From positions 1 to 26,674 of the IMG/VR virus record IMGVR_UViG_3300025000_000376: a stretch of 26,674 nt of DNA; one strand, 5' to 3'. The DNA comes from a virus. Taxonomy: Duplodnaviria; Caudoviricetes. Positions 18,227 through 25,549 of the stretch are shown here, piece after piece (positions within the stretch are counted from its first letter, which is position 1; each line of letters begins with the position of its first letter). A program made the position numbers and the translations under genes. The notes beneath the pieces are model-generated. The model saw only the letters and a program-made list of their open reading frames with translations. It was not told where the DNA came from and made no database searches.

Positions 18227-19035
18227 AACAAATAGTACTTCAGGCAGGACATGGGGGGATCACTTCTGGAGCTACAGGTGCTCCCGGGGAACAAAAGTGG
18301 ACAACAACTATAGTCCCTATGATAGCTAAACTCCTCGAAGACGCGGGGGTGGTGGTTTATCAAACGGGTTCAAAGGCTAACGAAGATCCAAAGGTAGTAG
18401 AGACCGATTGGGACATCTTTTTAGCAGTTCATTACGATGCTGACATTTACAACGATTCCGGCGGATTTGTGGACTTTGCCGACCCAACAACGGATTTAGC
18501 AACAAAAGAATCCCAACGAATGGCTGCAGTACTCGCGGAGACCTATTTCGATAGAACGGGGATAAAAAACATGCCTAAACGCTCTAACGCCAACACGAGA
18601 GGTTATTATATGTGGTCGTATCTAACACCCAAAACCCCCTGCGTCATAATCGAGTGTGGGGTTGGAAACAGAAAGCCTAGGGACTACGAAATCCTCCACA
18701 ACGAGATGGGTAGGGTGGCTAGTGCTATCTCCGACGGCCTACTTATTGCTCTTGGAGTAAAAAATGCGTGTACGGACCAAATAGAGGCCTTAGAGATAGA
18801 ACTGGATGCCATGCGCGAGTCAAGAAATGGTTGGAAAAAAACAGCCAAGGACACGGAAGACTTGCTAGTTGTCGCCACAGAGAATTTAGAAATCGCTCTA
18901 GCTAAGATAGTGGTTCTAGAAAAATCCCTATCCGAAAACGTAACCCCACTTAACGCCAAAAAGGACGGGAAGTTTATCTACGAAACCAGAGCGTTGTTTA
19001 ACGAAATATTTAGAAGATGGGGAGGTGGTAATTAA
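18223..19035 (+). CDS. Endolysin, N-acetylmuramoyl-L-alanine amidase (Amidase_3) with C-terminal coiled coil
   Basis: VLQAGHGG, GEQ, FLAVHYDA, CVIIECG zinc and catalytic residues. Confidence 0.88.
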   Translation: MKQIVLQAGHGGITSGATGAPGEQKWTTTIVPMIAKLLEDAGVVVYQTGSKANEDPKVVETDWDIFLAVHYDADIYNDSGGFVDFADPTTDLATKESQRMAAVLAETYFDRTGIKNMPKRSNANTRGYYMWSYLTPKTPCVIIECGVGNRKPRDYEILHNEMGRVASAISDGLLIALGVKNACTDQIEALEIELDAMRESRNGWKKTAKDTEDLLVVATENLEIALAKIVVLEKSLSENVTPLNAKKDGKFIYETRALFNEIFRRWGGGN

Positions 19036-19247
19036 TGCTTGAAAAAATCAAAGAATTGTGGGGAAAACTCCCCAAGGAGATAAAAGTATCGACTTATCTA
19101 ATCGGTGCGGGGCTTTTAAACGAGTTATCATCTGCACTTTTAGGAACCAAATCTTTAGACCTTATAACATTCGCGAAAGTATCCGTCGCGAACTTGTTAC
19201 TTGTTTTCGTTGTTCAAATAAAGACCCGTATTAACGCCATAAAGTAA
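19035..19247 (+). CDS. Small two-TM protein (possible holin)
   Basis: 70 aa, two hydrophobic stretches, SD GGAGGT, coupled to the endolysin stop. Confidence 0.55.
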   Translation: MLEKIKELWGKLPKEIKVSTYLIGAGLLNELSSALLGTKSLDLITFAKVSVANLLLVFVVQIKTRINAIK

Positions 19248-19268
19248 TTATTTAAAGGAGGATTTTCT

Positions 19269-19361
19269 ATGATGAACAAGAAGATGACAAGAATGATGAC
19301 GAGAGAGATGGAAAAGACAAAGAAGAAAAAGACGATGAAACCCTCAAATAAGAGGAAGTAG
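19269..19361 (+). CDS. 30-aa Met/Lys-rich basic peptide (not in ORF track)
   Basis: MMNKKMTRMMTREMEKTKKKKTMKPSNKRK* after strong SD AAGGAGG. Confidence 0.55.
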   Translation: MMNKKMTRMMTREMEKTKKKKTMKPSNKRK

Positions 19362-19398
19362 TTTAGGAAAGGTACATTGACAACACAGGAGGTGTGGA

Positions 19399-19608
19399 AT
19401 GTATTGGTGGAGAATGGTATTTGTGTGCGGTAATGAAGAGTGCCACGTTGACGGCGTTATAAAGCATTTTACTGTAGAAGACGCCGAAGCCGATGCATGG
19501 GATGTAGAAAATTCCATAGGGTTAATAAATTACGCCCGTTCCAAAGGTGTTGATTTAACTAGGTGGGAGTTTTCTGCCGTGTATGTTATGAGGAGTGCGA
19601 ACCAATAA
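19399..19608 (+). CDS. Hypothetical protein
   Basis: 69 aa, SD AGGAGGT. Confidence 0.6.
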   Translation: MYWWRMVFVCGNEECHVDGVIKHFTVEDAEADAWDVENSIGLINYARSKGVDLTRWEFSAVYVMRSANQ

Positions 19609-19617
19609 GGAGGAGAG

Positions 19618-19803
19618 GTGGGCAATATTGTGGTTTTCGCAGTTGTGCTCGAAGTTGTGTTAGGGGAAGAAATTTATTTCTTCTACGGTGTCTCGACCTG
19701 TCTGGAATCTGCACAAGAGAGAGCCTTGGCAAACATGCGCCAAGACGAATACCTAAATTGTGTAAAATACACACTCGTTGCGACTCACTACACAGTACTA
19801 TGA
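19618..19803 (+). CDS. Hypothetical protein
   Basis: 61 aa, GTG start after AAGGAGG. Confidence 0.5.
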   Translation: MGNIVVFAVVLEVVLGEEIYFFYGVSTCLESAQERALANMRQDEYLNCVKYTLVATHYTVL

Positions 19804-19812
19804 GGAGATGCC

Positions 19813-20643
19813 ATGGAAAAGTTAACGAATGCCCAACTAATTGAAGAGTTAAAAACAAGAGGATACTTCGTATCAAAAGTTCCTCCTGCGGTGTCGGGAA
19901 AAACTTTTAAGTTCGACCTGACCAAGCTGAAGGGAAATACCTATCAATTCGCAGTTATTTCCTGCACCCAAATCGGTTCCAAATATCAGCAACTCACGCA
20001 TCTTCACAGCTTCTACAAGCTGTGCAAGAAACGTGGAATTGAACTTGTCCTGCACTGCGGCGACCTCGTGGACGGTTCCAAGGTCTATAAAGGCCAAGAG
20101 TACGAACTGTTTCTTCACGGGGCTGATGCGCAACGGGAATACGTTGTTGAAAACTATCCCAAGATTGAAGGCATAAAAACCAAAGTAATTTTGGGAAATC
20201 ATGACGAGTCGTTTTGGAAAACGGATGGTTATAACATTGTTAAGGCTATCTGCGAAGAACGCGAGGACATGGAATACCTCGGAGACTATCTTGCTTTCGT
20301 TCAACTGGCGGGATTAAAAATTGCTCTAATGCATTCTGCGGGAGGGGTTCCGTATGCCCGTTCCTACAAACTGCAGAAAATCTGTGAGCAGTTTTCTCCC
20401 GAAGTTAAACCAAACGCACTGTTCGTCGGTCACTGGCACATTCAATGTCACATTCCACATTATAGGAATATTGAAGCGTTTTCCATGGGGGCGTTCCAAA
20501 GCCAAACTCCTTTTCTCACGCGCCTGGGTTTATCACCTGATATGGGTGGGCTCATTTGTGAGGTAAGAACGGATTCTTCGGGGCTTTTGGGAATCAAGAC
20601 TGAGTGGATACCTTTCTATGTTCCAGTTAAGAACGACTTTTAG
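19813..20643 (+). CDS. Calcineurin-like metallophosphoesterase
   Basis: HCGDLVDG, GNHD, LMH, GHWH; motif I reads SCTQ instead of SDxH. Confidence 0.85.
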   Translation: MEKLTNAQLIEELKTRGYFVSKVPPAVSGKTFKFDLTKLKGNTYQFAVISCTQIGSKYQQLTHLHSFYKLCKKRGIELVLHCGDLVDGSKVYKGQEYELFLHGADAQREYVVENYPKIEGIKTKVILGNHDESFWKTDGYNIVKAICEEREDMEYLGDYLAFVQLAGLKIALMHSAGGVPYARSYKLQKICEQFSPEVKPNALFVGHWHIQCHIPHYRNIEAFSMGAFQSQTPFLTRLGLSPDMGGLICEVRTDSSGLLGIKTEWIPFYVPVKNDF

Positions 20644-20779
20644 TCAAAAAGGGGGTAAGTCATATATTAGCATGTTGATTTACCCCTGAAATTTGAAATA
20701 ATAAGTTTGGACAGTTATACAGAGTCACTAGCACGTCTAACGACTTCTTCGCTAGGCTACCTTTAATTGTATGACATCC

Positions 20780-20813
20780 CGGTCTGCGGTCTCCCTGCGG
20801 ACCGTATTTTTTT
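20780..20813 (+). terminator. Intrinsic terminator ending + strand transcription from the left
   Basis: CGGTCTGCGG/CTGCGGACCG 10-bp stem (two G-U) followed by TATTTTTTT. Confidence 0.75.
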
Positions 20814-20907
20814 CCCATAAAACAAGAGAAGCCCCGTTTAGGGGGCTGTATCTCTTGACTAATTCTTTAGTAAGGGTTAGAATAATTTTGAGAAAAATTC
20901 TATGCTT

Positions 20908-20936
20908 ATAATACCAAACAAATCCAACGTTGTCAA
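20908..20936 (-). promoter_or_regulatory. Minus-strand sigma70-type promoter
   Basis: On the - strand TTGACA (20936-20931), 17 bp, TATTAT (20913-20908). Confidence 0.6.
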
Positions 20937-20962
20937 ACAATACATAAGAGTGCCAACAAACA

Positions 20963-20988
20963 AAACTTCCTCTGGGGGTTTATTTTTT
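20963..20988 (+). terminator. Terminator-like hairpin just before the early-region genes
   Basis: AAACTTCC-TCT-GGGGGTTT then ATTTTTT, directly before SD GGAGG. Confidence 0.4.
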
Positions 20989-20999
20989 ATGGAGGAATT

Positions 21000-21242
21000 G
21001 TGGCGCTATATTTAGAACCTACAGAAAAGTCGTTTTTAATTAGTCTTATGAACGGTCTTAAACCAAAAGAGTTCTGGCTGAAAGATTCTATTCTTAAAAA
21101 AATGGACGCCGAAGACACTTTAATAGAAGAAAGAGATAACTGTGAGCATTCTTTCGGAGAACACACAGGTAAGAGGTTGTGTTGCACGAAGTGCGGAGCG
21201 TTAGGTGAGGGTATGGGTGAATCGTGGGACCTTGTAGGTTAA
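21000..21242 (+). CDS. Hypothetical protein with C-terminal Cys/His cluster
   Basis: CEH...CCTKCG; GTG start after GGAGG. Confidence 0.6.
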   Translation: MALYLEPTEKSFLISLMNGLKPKEFWLKDSILKKMDAEDTLIEERDNCEHSFGEHTGKRLCCTKCGALGEGMGESWDLVG

Positions 21243-21243
21243 T

Positions 21244-21579
21244 ATGAGAAAGCCGATTACAGACAGTTTTAATATTAGAAAAAGGATGTTAAAAAAGCTG
21301 GGGCTTGGCAGTTATAAAGATTATTTAAAATCAGACTTGTGGAAAAATCTTAAAAAAGAGGTTTACGCGCAAAAAAAGGTTTGCGACGGGTGTGGCTCTG
21401 CCGAACACCTGCAAGTACACCACCAGTCATACACGTTTATGGGAACAAAAGGAATGGGAAAAAACAGAAGCTTGAAACTTCTTTGTAATGAGTGCCACGA
21501 AAAGGCGCATGAAATTGCCAAAAACTTTAATTTGGGGTTAGTAGAAGCAACTAAAAGATTACTTCGTGGTGAATACTAG
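21244..21579 (+). CDS. HNH endonuclease
   Basis: YKDYLKSDLW, CDGCG...LQVHH..Y...LLCNECHEKAH. Confidence 0.85.
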   Translation: MRKPITDSFNIRKRMLKKLGLGSYKDYLKSDLWKNLKKEVYAQKKVCDGCGSAEHLQVHHQSYTFMGTKGMGKNRSLKLLCNECHEKAHEIAKNFNLGLVEATKRLLRGEY

Positions 21580-21583
21580 GAAG

Positions 21584-21730
21584 TAGTCCTTTGGGGACTA
21601 GAGACCCCACCTATACGGGGCACAGGTATAGGCCGACCGAGCAACCGATGCTTATGGGAAACCTCAGCGTTTAACGCTAGGAATACCACTCTAGTAAAGC
21701 GGCAGAGGAAAGCGAGGGAGGGGAGTGAAA
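21584..21730 (+). ncRNA. Candidate structured non-coding element with H-type pseudoknot
   Basis: GC-rich intergenic stretch with consecutive hairpins and CCCC-A-CCTATAC-GGGG-CACAG-GTATAGG at 21605-21632. Confidence 0.45.
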
Positions 21731-21826
21731 ACCTTTTGATAATAAAATATTTACGGCGGTTGATAACTAACTTTAGATAAGTCTGGGGTTAGGGGTATAT
21801 ACCGTTGTTGATTGTATGGAGGAAAT

Positions 21827-22042
21827 ATGTCCGAACAACAGCTAGATTTCAAAAAAATACAAAAGATGATCGGCAAGTGTACGCCGGAACAATTAGGCTC
21901 CCTTATGAAGCAGTATTCCGAAAGATATTTAACGGGTGTTGACAAACCAGCCGACAAGGAATATACTGACGATGTCTTAAAAATATTTGACGGAAGCGTA
22001 TATGAACCAAATAGACCCGCTTTGTTTACACAAACTATATAG
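21827..22042 (+). CDS. Hypothetical protein
   Basis: ATG 21827 after GGAGG; 71 aa. Confidence 0.6.
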   Translation: MSEQQLDFKKIQKMIGKCTPEQLGSLMKQYSERYLTGVDKPADKEYTDDVLKIFDGSVYEPNRPALFTQTI

Positions 22043-22259
22043 CATCTTAAAAGATTACGAACGTATTTCTTTGAAAAAAAACGGTCGAAAAGAAAGGGGT
22101 TTCAACAAGTTGGTTGGATCCTTGAGTATGTGGAAAGGGAAATATTAAAAATATAAGCCTTTTAACGGCAATTAGAATAAAGCTTTTTGAAGATTGGATT
22201 TCTTTCGGTGCCTGGGTGTTCGGGATGAATATGATTGAAACACGGGTTGGGAGGAAAAG

Positions 22260-22406
22260 ATGAGGGATTTAGCGAAAATTCAGGAGTGGTACGACCTTTT
22301 AGTGGAAGACTGCAAGGCAATAGTTACGGAAGCGGTTTTTACATCTAGGTGGGCGCTGGTTCAGGGTTATTGGGAACTTGGTCAAAGAATCCGGGGAATA
22401 CTTTGA
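22260..22406 (+). pseudogene. Probably truncated DUF1016/YhcG-N-like protein (48 aa, not in ORF track)
   Basis: MRDLAKIQEWYDLLVEDCKAIVTEAVFTSRWALVQGYWELGQRI; YWxxGxxI pattern, SD GGGAGG, stops right after the motif. Confidence 0.4.
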
Positions 22407-22460
22407 TACGCACGGTGACAAACCCAGGCGTATTTATAAAATAGATAACTTTAATAAAAT

Positions 22461-22640
22461 ATGAAATACCGCAAAGAAACAATAATTGAATCCGACATAC
22501 TTGATAACAAGATGTCAGCGTACGAAATAGCCCGGCTTGTAGGGTGTGACCACTCGTACATATCCTTACTTAGATCGGGTAAAAGGGTCGCAACGGAAGC
22601 GTTCTACCACCGGTTACTAGGGGTATTGACAAACAAGTAA
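22461..22640 (+). CDS. Cro/XRE-type helix-turn-helix protein (59 aa, not in ORF track)
   Basis: MSAYEIARLVGCDHSYISLLRSGKR is a classic HTH pattern. Confidence 0.75.
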   Translation: MKYRKETIIESDILDNKMSAYEIARLVGCDHSYISLLRSGKRVATEAFYHRLLGVLTNK

Positions 22641-22659
22641 CTAGGGTGTAGAATACCCT
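22626..22659 (+). promoter_or_regulatory. Sigma70-type promoter with a palindrome over the -10
   Basis: TTGACA (22626-22631), 17 bp, TAGAAT (22649-22654); AGGGT-N7-ACCCT at 22643-22659. Confidence 0.75.
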
Positions 22660-22663
22660 TAGT

Positions 22664-22972
22664 ATGAAATTAGGAAAGCCCAAGATGACTAATACTACCG
22701 CTAAACTCGTACATATTTACCGTGGCCAAGGAAAGCACGAACTTGCCGATACGGTACAATCTTTTGCCGATTCCCTTAAAAGATATTCCGACAATATTTC
22801 AAAGATGTGGGTTCTATACGAACACCGCTGTAGCTGTGGCAAAGCCCCGGTAGATCCTACGGAAGCTGCCTTTATGGAAGAAACTGGGTACTGCGCTACA
22901 TGCGACCATATAAAGCAAGAAGTCTTGGAACAACAAGCTTATGAGATTTGGAAAGAAGGTGATAATTCATGA
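22664..22972 (+). CDS. Hypothetical protein with putative zinc finger
   Basis: CSCG...CATC; 102 aa. Confidence 0.65.
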   Translation: MKLGKPKMTNTTAKLVHIYRGQGKHELADTVQSFADSLKRYSDNISKMWVLYEHRCSCGKAPVDPTEAAFMEETGYCATCDHIKQEVLEQQAYEIWKEGDNS

Positions 22973-23568
22973 ACGAACTTAAACAAATAGACGTAGCCGA
23001 TTTTGTAAAACCCGAAAGAAAGAAAAGGGTTAAGAAAGAAAAGACTACGCTTAAAAGAAAGATGTTTCGATTGTTATCTGTTTTGACGTTAGTTGCTATT
23101 GGTGTAGCTTACGCTGCCGAAGGGTACGCGGGCTGGAGAGCTGGACATGAGTGGCAATTTCCGACTAGATGGATAGGTTTTGTTAGGGAAACGGAAAAAG
23201 AACTGACTGTTGAACAAGTGAACGCTGAAAACAAACCTAAAACGGACATCGAGGTCATAGAGCAGTACCACCTAAGTCCGGCAATAAAGACGATCTATTT
23301 TCTTGAAAGTACATCCGGGAAAAACGACTTTTGTAAGGAAAGCGGAAAGTTCAACGGATATGGCTACAGGCAAAATAGTTTCGAGAACAAGTGCTACGAT
23401 ACGTTCGAGCAAGTGACCGAAAAGGTCAACGATTGGCTCGAAGAAAGGTTAAGTATGAACGGAAACGACCTTGTAGAAGCAATATGCCTATATAACAAAG
23501 GCGTACAAGGCTTACAAGTGTGCGACTATTCCGTGAACTTTATGGGGGTTCTAACAAGGAACTTCTAA
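22969..23568 (+). CDS. Membrane-anchored protein with lysozyme-like domain
   Basis: Basic N-terminus, TM LLSVLTLVAIGVAYAA, then IYFLESTSGK...NGYGY...AICLYN. Confidence 0.5.
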   Translation: MNELKQIDVADFVKPERKKRVKKEKTTLKRKMFRLLSVLTLVAIGVAYAAEGYAGWRAGHEWQFPTRWIGFVRETEKELTVEQVNAENKPKTDIEVIEQYHLSPAIKTIYFLESTSGKNDFCKESGKFNGYGYRQNSFENKCYDTFEQVTEKVNDWLEERLSMNGNDLVEAICLYNKGVQGLQVCDYSVNFMGVLTRNF

Positions 23569-23578
23569 TTAAAGGACA

Positions 23579-23620
23579 CCCTAGCTGGAGGCCATTCCTA
23601 AGCTCCAGCTAGGGAATGGC
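23579..23620 (+). other. Perfect 12-bp inverted repeat with an overlapping alternative hairpin
   Basis: CCCTAGCTGGAG/CTCCAGCTAGGG (23579-23614); loop GCCATTCC complements GGAATGGC (23613-23620). Confidence 0.7.
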
Positions 23621-23640
23621 GACTATTTAAAAGGAAAAAT

Positions 23641-23868
23641 ATGAACAAAGACAGAATAATAAAAACAGACAAGGGATATTTTTTCGATACGGAAGCGGGG
23701 TACTACCTAAAACTATCTGATGAGATACGCGATATAATAGACGCCCCCAGCAGTAACTTTCAAGAAGAGGGTGAGAGGTGGGCAACTGTAAGCGACTTGA
23801 TAGACGATACTTTACTCACCTACGAGATGTTTAATTCACAAACTAAAGGGGGTACAGATGAACAATAA
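23641..23868 (+). CDS. Hypothetical protein
   Basis: 75 aa, SD AAGGA. Confidence 0.6.
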   Translation: MNKDRIIKTDKGYFFDTEAGYYLKLSDEIRDIIDAPSSNFQEEGERWATVSDLIDDTLLTYEMFNSQTKGGTDEQ

Positions 23869-24550
23869 ACTGAACAATAAACACACAAAACGCGCCGGGA
23901 TGTATTGGGTAGAAAAAAAGCCATATATTTCGGTAACTACAATACTAGGCATAATAGACAAGAGCGCCGCCTTGATGTATTGGGCTTGTGGGGAAACCTA
24001 CGATGCCGTTATACTAAACCCCGAAATATCGAGGGAGGAAGCCATATCCGCCCACAAGGACGTGTCACAAAAAGCTGTGGGCAGGGGATCTGCAATCCAC
24101 GACCTTGTAGAAGCTTACGAAAACATAGGCGAGGTTAAAGGCCAAGAAGGTATTTACGGCGGGTACGCTCGCGCTTTTCAATCATGGATTAATAGCCATA
24201 ACCCCAAGGTAACAGAACACGAAAGGACAGTAATAAGCAAAAAGTACCAATATGCCGGAACACTAGATATGTTGGTAGACGTTGGTGGAAAGCAGTACTT
24301 AATAGACGTCAAGACCCAAAAGGACGGTAGACTTTTTCAAGAAATACAACTCCAACTAAGTGCATATAAGAACGCCTTGTCCGAGTGTGGCACGGAAGTG
24401 GCGGGGATGTTCGGCTTGGCTTTAGCGGAGGATGGCACGTTTACTTATAAGGAATTCGTGTACGAGTTGGAACCGTTTTTATCGGCTAAGAATCTATACG
24501 AGTGGAAGAACAGAAGTAGCTTAATTAAGATGGGATATTATGAAGATTAA
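23858..24550 (+). CDS. PD-(D/E)XK exonuclease (phage recombination exonuclease, Cas4/RecB-like)
   Basis: YISVTTIL, RGSAIH, E, YAGTLD, LIDVKT, QLSAY. Confidence 0.88.
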   Translation: MNNKLNNKHTKRAGMYWVEKKPYISVTTILGIIDKSAALMYWACGETYDAVILNPEISREEAISAHKDVSQKAVGRGSAIHDLVEAYENIGEVKGQEGIYGGYARAFQSWINSHNPKVTEHERTVISKKYQYAGTLDMLVDVGGKQYLIDVKTQKDGRLFQEIQLQLSAYKNALSECGTEVAGMFGLALAEDGTFTYKEFVYELEPFLSAKNLYEWKNRSSLIKMGYYED

Positions 24551-24796
24551 CTACAAGTGTAAGTTTTGCGGAAAAACCTTACATGTACTCTTTGTGGAAA
24601 ATATGGAGGAAATATGGAGATGCACCATATTAGAACGTTCGCCACGGAGGAGGAACAAAGGTATTTCCTGGGCAATTTGGTGACGCTTTGTAACAAGTGC
24701 CACAACAAGACTAAGGGTAGAGAAGCGGTGTTTGAAAACTACTTTTACGGCGTAAGAACGCAGACCTTATTATTTAATTTTGAAGGGATTCTATGA
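24540..24796 (+). pseudogene. Frameshifted or internally deleted HNH endonuclease
   Basis: ATG 24540 gives MKINYKCKFCGKT; the HNH core (CTLCG...MHHI...NLVTLCNKCH) is in the -1 frame (track ORF 24566..24796). Confidence 0.6.
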
Positions 24797-25125
24797 TAGA
24801 AAAAATAAAAATCGCAACGATAGAAACAAAGTCCGGCACAAGTAAGACCGGAAGGGGATATAACATGGTCATAATTATGGCCGAAGACGGAAGGAAGATG
24901 TCTTGTTACATAGATAAGGAATACGACCTTAAATATAAGAAACAAGAAAAGATGGTCGATTGGAAGCCCGGGATGGAAGTTACCGTTAAGGTAGACCAAA
25001 ACGGCGACTTTGTGAACTTCGACTTACCAAGCAAGAACGACCTATTAGAAGACCGCCTGGTAGAAGTAGAAAAAAGATTATCGGTGATTGAAATTGCCAT
25101 AAGACATGCCAAAAAAGCTGATTAA
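24793..25125 (+). CDS. Putative OB-fold single-stranded DNA-binding-like protein
   Basis: KSGTSKTGRGY, WKPGMEVTVKVDQNGDFVNF beta pattern; recombination-module context. Confidence 0.45.
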   Translation: MIEKIKIATIETKSGTSKTGRGYNMVIIMAEDGRKMSCYIDKEYDLKYKKQEKMVDWKPGMEVTVKVDQNGDFVNFDLPSKNDLLEDRLVEVEKRLSVIEIAIRHAKKAD

Positions 25126-25549
25126 AAAGAAAACAATAACTAAGTCAAAAGTTAAGAAAGAAGCGTGGGGCGCGTTTTCTAAGTACATTCGTTTAAGGGA
25201 CGGTCTTATAAGTATGGGTTCTAAGGAAACGGGCAAGTGTTTTACTTGTGGGCGAGTAACACCACTATTTACTTTGTATGGGGGTCAGGCAGGCCACTTT
25301 ATAGATGGGAGAGGAAATGCAGTTTTGTTTGAAGAAGAGCTGGTTCACCTACAGTGTAGGCAGTGCAACCTTTTTAAACACGGCAATAAAGAAGCTTACG
25401 AAACAAAGATGGTTGAACTTTACGGGTCAAAGAAAGTTGAGGTGCTCAAGCAACTAAGATACACAACAAAAGAATATACGAAGGAAGACTACGAAAGAAT
25501 ACGGGATTTTTATAAAGAAGAATTTAAGGGTTGCTATGAAAACAACTGA
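25106..25549 (+). CDS. ninG: NinG/Rap-family recombination endonuclease
   Basis: AFSKYIRLRD, CFTCG, QAGHF, HLQCRQCN..KHGN. Confidence 0.88.
   Translation: MPKKLIKKKTITKSKVKKEAWGAFSKYIRLRDGLISMGSKETGKCFTCGRVTPLFTLYGGQAGHFIDGRGNAVLFEEELVHLQCRQCNLFKHGNKEAYETKMVELYGSKKVEVLKQLRYTTKEYTKEDYERIRDFYKEEFKGCYENN

Noticed and set aside
19377-19405. TTGACA upstream of 19399 as a promoter
   Set aside because: No acceptable -10 hexamer at 16-18 bp spacing
21244-21730. Group I intron or IscB/HEARO-type RNA-guided element
   Set aside because: No interrupted host gene or recognisable P3-P7 core; the HNH is 111 aa with no RuvC or PLMP region
22002-22148. 48-codon + strand ORF MNQIDPLCLHKL...
   Set aside because: Overlaps the upstream gene by 41 nt, has no SD and no motif; not enough support to call
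23858-24550. Cas4 as part of a CRISPR-Cas system
   Set aside because: No four-Cys Fe-S pattern, no other cas genes; context with SSB-like and NinG genes indicates a recombination exonuclease
24560-24585. Programmed -1 frameshift joining MKINYKCKFCGK to the HNH core
   Set aside because: GGA AAA ACC does not form an in-frame X XXY YYZ heptamer and no stimulatory structure is evident; deletion or decay is simpler
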